Assembly (NCBI GenBank): GCA_965242965.1
Contig: OZ251518.1
Location: 4,192,001 to 4,256,000 of the forward strand
Source of the DNA: Candidatus Poribacteria bacterium
Lineage (GTDB): Bacteria > Poribacteria > WGA-4E > WGA-3G
Direction of reading: 5' to 3'
Length of the DNA stretch: 64,000 bases
The notes beneath the pieces are model-generated. The model had not been told where the DNA came from, did not search any database, and saw nothing but the letters and a program-made list of their open reading frames with translations. The first letter of the stretch is position 1. Each line of letters opens with the position of its first letter. The position numbers and the translations under genes were made by a program. This document shows positions 1 to 9,295 of the stretch, one piece after another.

Positions 1-2
1 GC

Positions 3-104
3 GGCACCGAATGGTATATCGTTGAGCAGGAAAGTTACGCCTACTCGCCAATCGAATGCGTGGAACGATGCATCGAAAATCTACGAAAGATGGGGAAAAT
101 CTAG
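3..104 (+). CDS. 3' end of a probable sugar-phosphate isomerase/epimerase (xylose isomerase-like TIM barrel), truncated by the window edge
   Basis: Frame reads GTEWYIVEQESYAYSPIECVERCIENLRKMGKI*; the 'WYIVEQE' tail is typical of this family. Confidence 0.55.
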   Translation, partial: GTEWYIVEQESYAYSPIECVERCIENLRKMGKI

Positions 105-106
105 GT

Positions 107-811
107 TTGCATGCAGCCGAAACCTCACTTTTGCTCTGGTGGGAAGATTTCTACCGTCCCGTTTTTGAGTATATCCTCCCCAAAATGGGAACGTTGGAGG
201 GCAAAAAGGTGCTGGAATTAGGCACTGGGACAGGCGGCACGGCGACGCTGCTTGCCAAACGCGGCGCAACCGTCGTCGGCATCGATTTACTGCCTTTTCG
301 CCTCGACGAAGCGAAGAGGCGCGCGGCGCAACACAACGTCGCCGACGCGGTTGACTTCGCGCGCATGGACGCAACGCAACTCGCCTTCCCAGACAACACC
401 TTCGATTTCGTCATCTCCAAATCGGTGCTTGTGTTCACCGAGCACGCGCAAACCGCGAGCGAATGCTACCGCGTCCTCAAACCGAGCGGGAAGGCGATTT
501 TCATCGAGAATATGCGCAAACACCCGGCAGTATGGCTCTATCGGAAGCTGTTCTTAAAATATTCCGGCAAGTTGCACTACTTCTCACTGCGCGACATTGC
601 GGCAGTCGGTGCTGAATTTGAGGAGATGGAGCATCGAGAGTTCCATCTCCTCGCCTTGGGCGCGCTCCTCTGGCAACGCGGTATTTCTATCCCGGCGTTT
701 TACCGTTGGACACTTCGGTATCTGAAAGGCGTTGACGCGCTTCTCTTGCGGCTCTTTCCTTTCCTCAAGCAATTCTGTTGGATTACGGCGATGATTTGCG
801 AGAAACGGTGA
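107..811 (+). CDS. Class I SAM-dependent methyltransferase
   Basis: VLELGTGTG motif I, GIDL, DATQLAFPDNTFDFV; likely TTG start at 107 just after the upstream stop (ORF track start 56). Confidence 0.85.
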   Translation: MHAAETSLLLWWEDFYRPVFEYILPKMGTLEGKKVLELGTGTGGTATLLAKRGATVVGIDLLPFRLDEAKRRAAQHNVADAVDFARMDATQLAFPDNTFDFVISKSVLVFTEHAQTASECYRVLKPSGKAIFIENMRKHPAVWLYRKLFLKYSGKLHYFSLRDIAAVGAEFEEMEHREFHLLALGALLWQRGISIPAFYRWTLRYLKGVDALLLRLFPFLKQFCWITAMICEKR

Positions 812-963
812 GGAAAAATATGGCCGGGGATAGCCCCCGGCCATGTTTTTTTATGGGTGGCAAGGCGAGGGGAACTCGCTCGCATGCGCGTGTGGCATCC
901 GAGGGCCCAAGCCCTACGGAGAGGACAGCCCCCGGCCTCTGTTCCAAGAACGGGAGGGTTCTC

Positions 964-1803
964 CTACCGCTTCTTGAGGTTACCCCATGTGGTAGCGAGT
1001 TTGCCCTGTGCTTCAACAGCAACAACCGCGCCACCTGCCAGGTCGCGCACTTCATCTTCGCTTAAGGCGCGGTCCCAGAAATAGACCTCATCGATCATCC
1101 CATCAATCCAGATGTCGTTGCCTTCATCGCCGCCGCGGGCCCTGCCGACTCCGAGTTCAATCGGTTCGTTGGGGAACGAAAGAAGTGGCGGCGTAATTGC
1201 TCTCGGATGCTCTTGCCCACTTTCAGGGACGATAGTGTCCCCACCGGTAGCCGAGGAGGTCACGTAGGCTTTCGCCTCGGTGCCATCGACGACATAGGCG
1301 ACGTGCGCCCATTCTTCAGCCGCGTAAACCCCATCGGTGCGGAACCACCCTTCGGTGCCTTCCCAGCAGCTCCCCCAGGTCATGTCGGTATCGGTGACGG
1401 TGCAAATGCGCACCATGAAATTCGCGCCCCATCCGACTTTTTCTCCCTTGAAAAGCACGCCGCCGTGGTCCCGGCCGCCGCCCTCGCGGATGTAAAGCCA
1501 CAATGAGATGGAGAAAACGCCATCGTCTTGCTCAAGACTCGCGTCAGATGGAATTTCAACGTATTGCCCGGTGTTCTCGCCGGTGGCGGGATTCTCCGGG
1601 TTTTCAAGGTTGAGTGCCATCCCGGACTGCCCAGCGGCGACGCTGGCACCGTTCATCAACTCACCATCGTTACCGCCGATGGAATCGCTAGCGGTGCCAT
1701 CGTCAAAGTTCCATACAGAGACGAGGCCATCTTCCAAACCGGCGTAACTATTGACAGTGAAAACCGTGAGCGTTAAAAACGCAAAGAGACATAATTGCTT
1801 CAC
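964..1803 (-). CDS. Secreted LamG/concanavalin A-like domain protein with KLATTWG tail
   Basis: Signal peptide, WNFDDG, WAHVAYV, GMIDEVYFWDRALS, C-terminal AVEAQGKLATTWGNLK. Confidence 0.85.
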   Translation of the reverse strand: MKQLCLFAFLTLTVFTVNSYAGLEDGLVSVWNFDDGTASDSIGGNDGELMNGASVAAGQSGMALNLENPENPATGENTGQYVEIPSDASLEQDDGVFSISLWLYIREGGGRDHGGVLFKGEKVGWGANFMVRICTVTDTDMTWGSCWEGTEGWFRTDGVYAAEEWAHVAYVVDGTEAKAYVTSSATGGDTIVPESGQEHPRAITPPLLSFPNEPIELGVGRARGGDEGNDIWIDGMIDEVYFWDRALSEDEVRDLAGGAVVAVEAQGKLATTWGNLKKR

Positions 1804-1957
1804 AATAAAAACTCCTTATTTTGTGGAACGCGGCGGTAGGCGCAGTTTGAAACAGCCCCTACCGGGCCGCGAACGTAAACGTAGCGGGTTCGTGACGTAA
1901 TTTCACAATTCCGCGTTGAATAAACGGAAGGCGACGGTGCGCGCCGCCTCCGTAAAC

Positions 1958-2782
1958 TTAGCGACGGTGGTAGGATTTCATCTTCCCCCATGTCGTCGCT
2001 AATTTCCCTTCGGCTTTGACGGCCAGAGCCCTATCCGGTCGTGTGCCGTTCGCCAGGTCCTGCACCTCGTCCTCAGACAACGCCCGATCCCAGATGATGA
2101 TCTCGTCAATCATGCCATCGAGGAAGGTATCGTTCCCAGCGTTGCCGCCAATCTGCCGACCTGCACCGATTTCTAGGGGACGATCCTTGAAAAGGTTGTA
2201 AGGTTCAGGCGCGACTTGTGGATTCGCTTGGCCGCTGGCGGGAATGTTGATTTTGCCGCCATCTTCCTGAACATAAGCGATGGCTTCCTCACCGTCCGCC
2301 GTTTGACAGACATGATACCACTCCTCGGCATCAATAACACCATCAGTCCGCATCCAGTTTTCGGTACCACCATTGGTTGTGCCGAAGGTCATGTCGGTAT
2401 TATTAAGCGTGAGGAGTCGGAAGGTGAAATTAGCCCCCCATCCAACTTTTTCGCCTTTCCAAACGCCGGCGTGGTCTGCACCGTTTCGGACGTAAAGCCA
2501 ATACGATACGGTATGCGGTCCTTCAATGGCGTTTTCAAGCCCGGCGTTGAAAGGCACCTCGGCACGCGTATCTTTGCTTCCATCTACGTCCAACGCCTTG
2601 CCAAACCTGCCTTTATCAACGACCTTGGCGGCTTTGAAGAGTTCGCCGTGGGCATCACCGATGGCATCGGTGACTTTTCCATCGTCAAACGTCCACGCGG
2701 CGATGACTCCATCGTTCAGGTCTGCCTGCACAGAACCAATCGCCAGCGCAACGACGAAAATGACTGAAATAAGAAATTTCAT
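1958..2782 (-). CDS. Secreted LamG-like domain protein, paralog of 964..1803
   Basis: Signal peptide, WTFDDG, shared KGEKVGWGANF motif, GMIDEIIIWDRALS, KLATTWG tail; GGAGG RBS. Confidence 0.85.
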   Translation of the reverse strand: MKFLISVIFVVALAIGSVQADLNDGVIAAWTFDDGKVTDAIGDAHGELFKAAKVVDKGRFGKALDVDGSKDTRAEVPFNAGLENAIEGPHTVSYWLYVRNGADHAGVWKGEKVGWGANFTFRLLTLNNTDMTFGTTNGGTENWMRTDGVIDAEEWYHVCQTADGEEAIAYVQEDGGKINIPASGQANPQVAPEPYNLFKDRPLEIGAGRQIGGNAGNDTFLDGMIDEIIIWDRALSEDEVQDLANGTRPDRALAVKAEGKLATTWGKMKSYHRR

Positions 2783-2844
2783 TTAATAAACCTCCTCTAG
2801 TTGAGAGAGTGGACAGAGAGACAAACCTCCGTCCAATAAATTTG

Positions 2845-3137
2845 TAGGGTGATAGGCCTCGGAAGAGACCTGGTGCAACGAAAGTAGCCCGCGACGCAGC
2901 GGCGTGCGTCCGGGCACGAAGACAGTTCAACGGGAAATCCCGATGCTGCCTTACAACGTAAGAGATTAACGGACGTAAAGTGAAGGGGGGGGTCGATTCT
3001 GCCTAGCCGATTGTTAAAACAACCGTCAGCACGTGAGCGCGCGAAAGGGCTGCGCGCTACGCCGCCCGGATGCGCGTGACAACTTCTGGTCTTTTCGTCT
3101 CTGAAATTGATACGTGCGTTTCGCATGTCCATCACCT
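2845..3137 (-). ncRNA. Candidate structured leader RNA, copy 1
   Basis: Colinear motif and stem conservation with 53820..54188, including compensatory changes; lies between a sigma70-like promoter and the LamG gene. Confidence 0.55.
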
Positions 3138-3196
3138 TACAGTTCCGTTCTGCTCCATAGATAGAAATTGTAGGTTTAATCCCACTTTTGTCATTA

Positions 3197-3225
3197 AATA
3201 TACATAAATTTTAATTTTTTGTCAA
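3197..3225 (-). promoter_or_regulatory. Sigma70-like promoter
   Basis: Minus strand TTGACA-17 nt-TATATT with TG before the -10 box. Confidence 0.7.
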
Positions 3226-3336
3226 CTTTTTTTGTCAAAAAAAATCCCGAACGCAACAGAGCCCGATAGGAAAACCCGGCGGGTTGCCTTCTCCAAATTT
3301 CGCTTGCCCTATTTTTCATATCATGCTAAATTAACA

Positions 3337-4430
3337 GCGGGTGTTTCATAATTCGTTCAACGTCGCGGTGACAGGCCCCTGCTACGGTAACACCTAAGAA
3401 ATCGTTCCCTTTAACGTAGGGCGAGGGCCTGTCCCTCGCCACGTATCAAGTTTTCCTTCTATACCGTAGGGCGAGGGCCTGTCCCTCGCCATGCACAGGT
3501 CTGAGCAGCAAACATCCGGGGTCTCTGGGTTGCAGGCGTTTTTCGCCGAGGTCGGCAGATCGCGGGGGACAGGCCCCCGCGCTACGGAAAAAAACGGCGT
3601 GCGTTACCGTAGGGCGAGGGCCTGTCCCTCGCCGTGCCTAAGGTCCTTTAGGTCCTTAATGTCTATAGATGAGCGGGATTAACGGCACCCTAAGGTCCTT
3701 TAGGTCCTTAATATGATTTTTCATGTCTTGTCTCCCGCACATTAAGGTCCTAACGGACCTTGAAAAGTTTGGCAGACCGGGGTTGCTATAGACATGCAGG
3801 ACCTAAAGGACCTGAAGAGGCATCCATTGCAAAAAAAGAATGCTCGTTGCGCGGGAGATAATCCTGGAAATCGTGTGAATCTTGTGAATCCTGCTTCAGA
3901 CGATTAAGATCGCGGGGGACAGGCCCCCGCGCTACGGTAACACCTAAGAAATCGCCCCCGGGCACCGTAGGGCGAGGGCCTGTCCCTCGCCGTGCCTAAG
4001 GTCTGTAAGACCTTAATGTCTATAGCATCTGCATCGCACAGCATCCTAAGGTCCTTTAGGTCCTTAATATGATTTTTCACGTCTTGTCTCCCGCACATTA
4101 AGGTCCTAACGGACCTTGAAAAGTTTGGCAGACCGGGGTTGCTATAGACATGCAGGTCTTAAAAGACCTGAAGAGGCATCGATTGCAAAAAGAGTGCTCG
4201 TTGCGCGGGAGATAATCCTGGAAATCGTGTAAATCTTGGAAATCCTGCTTCAGACACTTAAGAGCGCGGGGGACAGGTAATTTGTCTCGTCTCTGTAGTT
4301 CAGGATCGCCTGATCCTGACCCGTTCGGGAGCGGGCGCTCCCGAACTACAGCGGTGGGCCCGATGCCTTCCGGTATTCGCCCGCTCCCCAAGGGGGAATA
4401 AATACCGAAACGGAGTTATGAAACACCCTC
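3337..4430. mobile_element. MITE-like element (14-bp TIR) filled with REP modules
   Basis: Ends GCGGGTGTTTCATA / TATGAAACACCCTC; flanking direct repeat AAATTAACA (9 bp). Confidence 0.8.
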
Positions 4431-4474
4431 AAATTAACAACACTAGCATTTCAAAAAAAAAGAAGGATTTATTC

Positions 4475-6718
4475 GTGCAGATTACCCAACAATACGCCAC
4501 CAACCTAGCCGCGCGCCTTCGTTGCGCTTTTTGCACGTCCCTCATCGCGCTCATCTTCCTCGTGGTGTCGGGATGCGATGAGAAACAGCCGCCCGCACCG
4601 GTGCCGGAAGTCGCCGAAGTCGCTACCCCTGTCGAATTTCCAAAACCTCGCGTCGCGGATTGGCACATGTTTATGCATGATTTAGACTTTTCCGGTGTTA
4701 GCGCGGATAAGACGCTCACGCCGCCGCTCCAGTTGCTATGGCAATTCAAAACCGGCGGCCCACTTCACGCTTCACCCGTAGTCGCAAACGGCGTTCTTTA
4801 CATCGGCTCAACCGACGGCAAATTGTATGCACTGAATGCCAAGGCGTGGGACATCAAATGGGTTTTCGACGCAGGCAGTGCCATCCGTTATGCCGCGACT
4901 GTGTTGGGAAACCGAGTCTATTTCAGCGCAAGGAATAACAGAGTTTACGCGCTCAACGCCGAGACAGGCGAGTCGGTGTGGGAGTTCAAATCCACGAATT
5001 GGATGGACGCGCCGCCGATTGTCGTCGATGGGAAACTCTATATCGGCGCGTTTCCGTCAAAAATTTATCAATTGAACGCGATGACCGGCACGCTTGAAGC
5101 GACGCGCGAACGCACCGTCAGGATTCGCGGGATTGAATACGGCTGCGCGAACGGCGTATTCCGTCCGGTCTCCCCACTCTACAATGCAAAGTTGTGGCGA
5201 GCCCAGACAGCGGGAAGCAACAGCTATCCTATCATCGCGAACGGGTTCGTCTATATCGGCGCGCGCGATGGGCATATCTACGCGTTTGACGAAACATCGA
5301 AAACGGAAACGTGGGCATATCAGACGCGCGGTTTTATTGACGCGGCACCCGCTATCGCCGAAGGCATCCTCTACGCCACCTCCGGTGATGGGACAGTTTA
5401 CGCCTTCGGAAACGCCTCGTCTCATCCTGCAGACGCGCCTGCCAGTCCCACGCGCGCGGTCGGCATCGTCACGCACGATAACGCCGCTGTTTACGTCAAT
5501 AGGGGCGCGACGACAGAAAAACCGGCAGAGAAACCACTCCTGCACCTCAACGACAACGTTGCGCTGCCGATTCTGCAATTCGCCGATGGATGGTATGAAG
5601 TTGAACTGCCGAACGGCGAACGCGGCTGGATGGATACCCTCGCCTTCGGAGAGTTTGAAGAGACAGAAGGCGTGCTGTTTAACACAAACTTCTGCGGCAA
5701 GCGGCGGACATTACAACTCGTTGAAGGCGCAGAATACCCGCGCTGGAGCCCCGATGGCGAACTCATCGCGATGCTGAAAAGAACCGAACTCCGCGGCAGA
5801 TACTGGCAGGCGAGTGAACTGCTCATCATGGACAAAGAGGCGAAACGGGTGCGCAAACTTTATACAGCAAACTCGCAGGCTTCCCAGAGTGCCATTTACA
5901 ACCCGCATCTCTCCTGGTCCCTCGATAGTCGCCTCTTGGCGTTTGAAGTGGACGAAAAGACTGAACGTTACGTTTACACCATAGATTGGAAACTCGGCAG
6001 GGTTAAAAAGTTAGTCCGAGGCGACGCTCCCGCCTGGTCCCCCACGTCAAACCGCCTCGTGTTTCGGCGGCGCGATAAAGGGTTGGATGTCATCTACCGC
6101 ATCAACAGCGATGGAAGTGCGATGCAGGCGATTGCGCGTGTGCCAGTTGAACCGCGGAAGCGCGCTTACACCTATCTCCCCGCGCCAACTTGGGCACCCG
6201 ATGGGACGCGCGTGGCGTTTGGTGTCCACAATCAGAAATATGTCGGCATCCGCATCCAAGGCGCAAACGGGAAACGTTTGAAGGAGATACCGACGCAGCA
6301 TCAGCACGTCGCGCACATCAACTGGGCGGCAGATGGAACGCAACTCGCCTATGTGTTATCCGGTAGCAACCGTCCGGGGCAACTCCTTGATAAGCAACTC
6401 CACCTCGCCGATGCGATCTCCACGTCAACCCAGACGCAGATTTTGAGGCACACATCGCCAACTTGGGCACCGACAGGGAAGCGGCTATCGTATTTAGAAC
6501 GCGAGGATTGCGAGGGGCTCCGCTGGAAACTCTGGATTTACGACGCTGAAACCGGGCGCAAATTCCCGATTGCCCGAACGCAACTGAAGGTGACATCTGT
6601 CGTCTGGATGCCAGATGGAAAGCATCTCTGCCTGTGGCACACGTCAGATTACCTCCGCGATAACGCCTATAAACCGGCGATAACGAAGGGGTGGATTGTG
6701 CCCATTGAGATACCTTGA
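4475..6718 (+). CDS. Lipoprotein with PQQ-like (BamB-type) beta-propeller, SH3-like domain and TolB/PD40 propeller
   Basis: LVVSGC lipobox-like motif, repeated 'W.F......SP.V.NG.LYIG', WYEVELPNGERGW (SH3), repeated 'P.WSPDG'; GTG start at 4475 (the ATG at 4418 lies in a TIR). Confidence 0.8.
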   Translation: MQITQQYATNLAARLRCAFCTSLIALIFLVVSGCDEKQPPAPVPEVAEVATPVEFPKPRVADWHMFMHDLDFSGVSADKTLTPPLQLLWQFKTGGPLHASPVVANGVLYIGSTDGKLYALNAKAWDIKWVFDAGSAIRYAATVLGNRVYFSARNNRVYALNAETGESVWEFKSTNWMDAPPIVVDGKLYIGAFPSKIYQLNAMTGTLEATRERTVRIRGIEYGCANGVFRPVSPLYNAKLWRAQTAGSNSYPIIANGFVYIGARDGHIYAFDETSKTETWAYQTRGFIDAAPAIAEGILYATSGDGTVYAFGNASSHPADAPASPTRAVGIVTHDNAAVYVNRGATTEKPAEKPLLHLNDNVALPILQFADGWYEVELPNGERGWMDTLAFGEFEETEGVLFNTNFCGKRRTLQLVEGAEYPRWSPDGELIAMLKRTELRGRYWQASELLIMDKEAKRVRKLYTANSQASQSAIYNPHLSWSLDSRLLAFEVDEKTERYVYTIDWKLGRVKKLVRGDAPAWSPTSNRLVFRRRDKGLDVIYRINSDGSAMQAIARVPVEPRKRAYTYLPAPTWAPDGTRVAFGVHNQKYVGIRIQGANGKRLKEIPTQHQHVAHINWAADGTQLAYVLSGSNRPGQLLDKQLHLADAISTSTQTQILRHTSPTWAPTGKRLSYLEREDCEGLRWKLWIYDAETGRKFPIARTQLKVTSVVWMPDGKHLCLWHTSDYLRDNAYKPAITKGWIVPIEIP

Positions 6719-6729
6719 AAAAAATAATC

Positions 6730-7133
6730 AAGGGGGTTTCATATTTCGATGCAATACCGTAGGAGAGCCCTCCCTGTCTCGATGTTCCCGTAGCGCGGGG
6801 GCCTGTCCCCCGCGAGCGTTGGCGTGCGCGAGGCATGGCGAGGGACAGGCCCTCGCCCTACGGTAAGGGGGAGGCGTTTTTTTCGTCGTAGCGCGGGGGC
6901 CTGTCCCCCGCGAGCGTTGGCGTGCGCGAGGCATGGCGAGGGACAGGCCAACGCCCTCCGGTGAGGGGGAGGCGTTTTTTTCGTCGTAGCGCGGGGGCCT
7001 GTCCCCCGCGGGCGTTGGCGTGCGCGAGGCATGGCGAGGGACAGGCCCTCGCCCTCCGGTAAGGGGGAGGCGTTTTTTTCGTCGTAGCGCGGAGCCTGTC
7101 ACCACGACGTTGAGCGAGTTATGAAACATCCTC
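6730..7133. mobile_element. MITE-like element with tandem REPIN units
   Basis: AAGGGGGTTTCATA ... TATGAAACATCCTC; 8-bp direct repeat AAATAATC on both sides. Confidence 0.8.
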
Positions 7134-7180
7134 AAATAATCCCATTCCTTTAAAGCAATGTTTAAAGAAGGATACCAAGC

Positions 7181-8620
7181 ATGAAACCCAACATCCTCTG
7201 GCTCTGTAGTGACCAGCAGCGATTTGATACACTCGGCTGCTACGGAAACCCGTTCGTGCAAACGCCGAATCTAGACAGGTTGGCGGCAGAAGGCGTGCTT
7301 TTTGAAAACGCCTACTCGCAAAGCCCGGTCTGCACGCCGAGCCGCGCTAGTTTCCTCACGGGTAGATACCCGCGCACCACTCGATGCCGACAAAACGGAC
7401 AGGCAATCCCGCCTGATGAAGTGCTCGTCACAAAACTGCTCTGCGATGCAGGATACGTTTGCGGCTTGGCAGGCAAACTCCACCTCGCGCCTTGCAATCC
7501 GAGCGTCTGTCAAGGCACAGAAAAACGCATTGATGACGGCTATGCTCAGTTCTCCTGGTCGCACGACCCGAGCGATGTCTGGTTTGCGCACGATTATCAA
7601 CAGTGGCTGCGCGATAAAGGGCTCCAGCGAGGAAGCAAGCCGTTCGCCGATTCACAATACGTCCAAGTGATTCCATCGGAAGAGCACAGCCAGACGACGT
7701 GGAGTATTGAGCGCGCGATGTCGTTCATCAGGAGGGCCAGTAACTTTGAGCAACCGTGGCTATTTTCGGTGAACATGTTCGACCCGCACCACGCGTTCGA
7801 CCCGCCAGTCGCCGCCCTTGAACGCTATCGCGAGATACTCGACGACATTCCACTACCGAACTACGTCGAAGGCGAATTGGAAAACAAACCGATTTGGCAG
7901 CAGACCGACCACGGTGGCGCGTATGGCAAAAGAGCCGGGTATCCTTACAAGGCCATGACTCGGGCAGACCATCGCTGGGTGCGCGCCGCCTACTGGGCGA
8001 TGATTGACGTAATCGATACGCAAATCGGCAGACTGCTTGACTTCTTGGAGGAGACAGGGCAGCGCGAAAACACCATCGTCATTTTCACGTCCGACCACGG
8101 TGAAATGCTCGGGGACCACGGTATCTATCTGAAGGGCCCTTATTTCTACGAACCCGCTATCCGAGTGCCGCTGATTATCTCAGGTCCGGGTATGTTGAAC
8201 AACGGTTCGCGTTCGGATGCGCTCGTCGAATTAGTCGATCTGGCACCGACGCTGCTGGCGGCATCCGACTTGGAACGTCACCCCGGCATGCAGGGGCAAA
8301 GCCTCCTCCCGATGCTGACAGGCGATGTCCCCTTGGATGCGCATCGCGACGATGTCTATTGTGAATACTACAACGCGATGGGATGGCACAGAGAGCCTGT
8401 CGCGCACGCAACGATGGTGCGGGACAAACGGTATAAGTTAGTCGCCGCGCACGGCACAAACGGCGGTGAACTCTATGATTTGGAAACGGATGCACAGGAG
8501 ACGCGCAACCTCTGGCACGATGCCGATTATAGCGGCGTTCGGCTGGCAATGCAGGAACGGCTCATCGATCGGATGGCGTGGACGGTGGATCCGCTGCCAG
8601 AACGCCAGGCACCGTGGTAG
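7181..8620 (+). CDS. Formylglycine-dependent sulfatase
   Basis: KPNILW..SDQQR, CTPSRAS (CxPxR), GKLH, FTSDHGEMLGDHG. Confidence 0.93.
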   Translation: MKPNILWLCSDQQRFDTLGCYGNPFVQTPNLDRLAAEGVLFENAYSQSPVCTPSRASFLTGRYPRTTRCRQNGQAIPPDEVLVTKLLCDAGYVCGLAGKLHLAPCNPSVCQGTEKRIDDGYAQFSWSHDPSDVWFAHDYQQWLRDKGLQRGSKPFADSQYVQVIPSEEHSQTTWSIERAMSFIRRASNFEQPWLFSVNMFDPHHAFDPPVAALERYREILDDIPLPNYVEGELENKPIWQQTDHGGAYGKRAGYPYKAMTRADHRWVRAAYWAMIDVIDTQIGRLLDFLEETGQRENTIVIFTSDHGEMLGDHGIYLKGPYFYEPAIRVPLIISGPGMLNNGSRSDALVELVDLAPTLLAASDLERHPGMQGQSLLPMLTGDVPLDAHRDDVYCEYYNAMGWHREPVAHATMVRDKRYKLVAAHGTNGGELYDLETDAQETRNLWHDADYSGVRLAMQERLIDRMAWTVDPLPERQAPW

Positions 8621-8629
8621 AAATGCGTG

Positions 8630-9056
8630 TTCCCCGTAGCGCGGGGGCCTGTCCCCCGCGAGCTCTAGCGTCCTCAATTTTCACCGTAGCGCGGGGGCCT
8701 GTCCTTCGCCATCGTCCGCGCGCCAGGTCCTGTAGGTCAGGATCGCCTGATCCTGACTCGTTTGTGATCAGGCGATCACAAACTACAGAGAGGGAGAACA
8801 AAAAAACGTCTCTTGTTCTCTTAGGTCCTTTAGGACCTAAAAACATAACTTGACGATGGACAAAGCGAGGGACAGGCCCTCGCCCTACGGTGAAAGGGGG
8901 GTTTTCCTCCGCCGAGGTTCCGGTAGGAGAGACCTCCCGGTCTCGATTTTTAAATATATCGGGACAGGGATGTCCCTCCTACCGAAGACATATCGGGACA
9001 AGGATGTCCCGCCTACTGAAAGACATATCGGGACAAGGATGTCCCTCCTACTGAAG
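8630..9056. repeat. Cluster of GTAG-type REP palindromes
   Basis: GTAGCGCGGGGGCCTGTCCCCCGCG, GTAGGTCAGGATCGCCTGATCCTGAC and three tandem ATCGGGACAAGGATGTCCC.CCTAC-like units. Confidence 0.8.
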
Positions 9057-9061
9057 CACGC

Positions 9062-9295
9062 CTATGCCGTTGATGCAACCGGCGCGCTGTGGAAACGTGA
9101 AAATTCTTTTCGGGCAAGCAACTCCTGATTCGTCTGGAGACTCGCCTCGTGAAACTGATACTCGTTTTTACCGAGTCGGTAATAACACCGGAGATGCCCG
9201 GCATCAACCGCCTGTTTGAGAGCGGCGGCGGAAATGCCGAGCATCCGCGCGGCTTCCATGAGATTATATTCTACCGTCAATGCACGTATTCTCAT
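9062..9295 (-). CDS. Small excisionase/MerR-like helix-turn-helix protein
   Basis: YNLMEAARMLGISAAALKQAVDAGHL matches an HTH_17-like pattern. Confidence 0.6.
   Translation of the reverse strand: MRIRALTVEYNLMEAARMLGISAAALKQAVDAGHLRCYYRLGKNEYQFHEASLQTNQELLARKEFSRFHSAPVASTA

Noticed and set aside
2860-2990. Possible cobalamin riboswitch or group II intron fragment
   Set aside because: I could not find a B12 box, or a domain V with its catalytic triad, in the proper arrangement on either strand
2797-3135. 112-aa ORF over the LamG leader, and ORFs over 53445-54364
   Set aside because: No protein conservation between the two homologous copies; conservation is at the level of base-paired stems
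6728-7261. Recurrent short ORFs with RGTGPRAT, GDRPPRY, ARACPSP or MKHP motifs across the window
   Set aside because: Translations of REP palindromes and the TIR; these also falsely extend the N-termini of ORFs 4418, 10034 and 61621
8957-9056. Short regularly spaced repeats resembling a mini-CRISPR (also 45377-45465)
   Set aside because: Tandem REP units with very short, similar linkers and no spacers or leader
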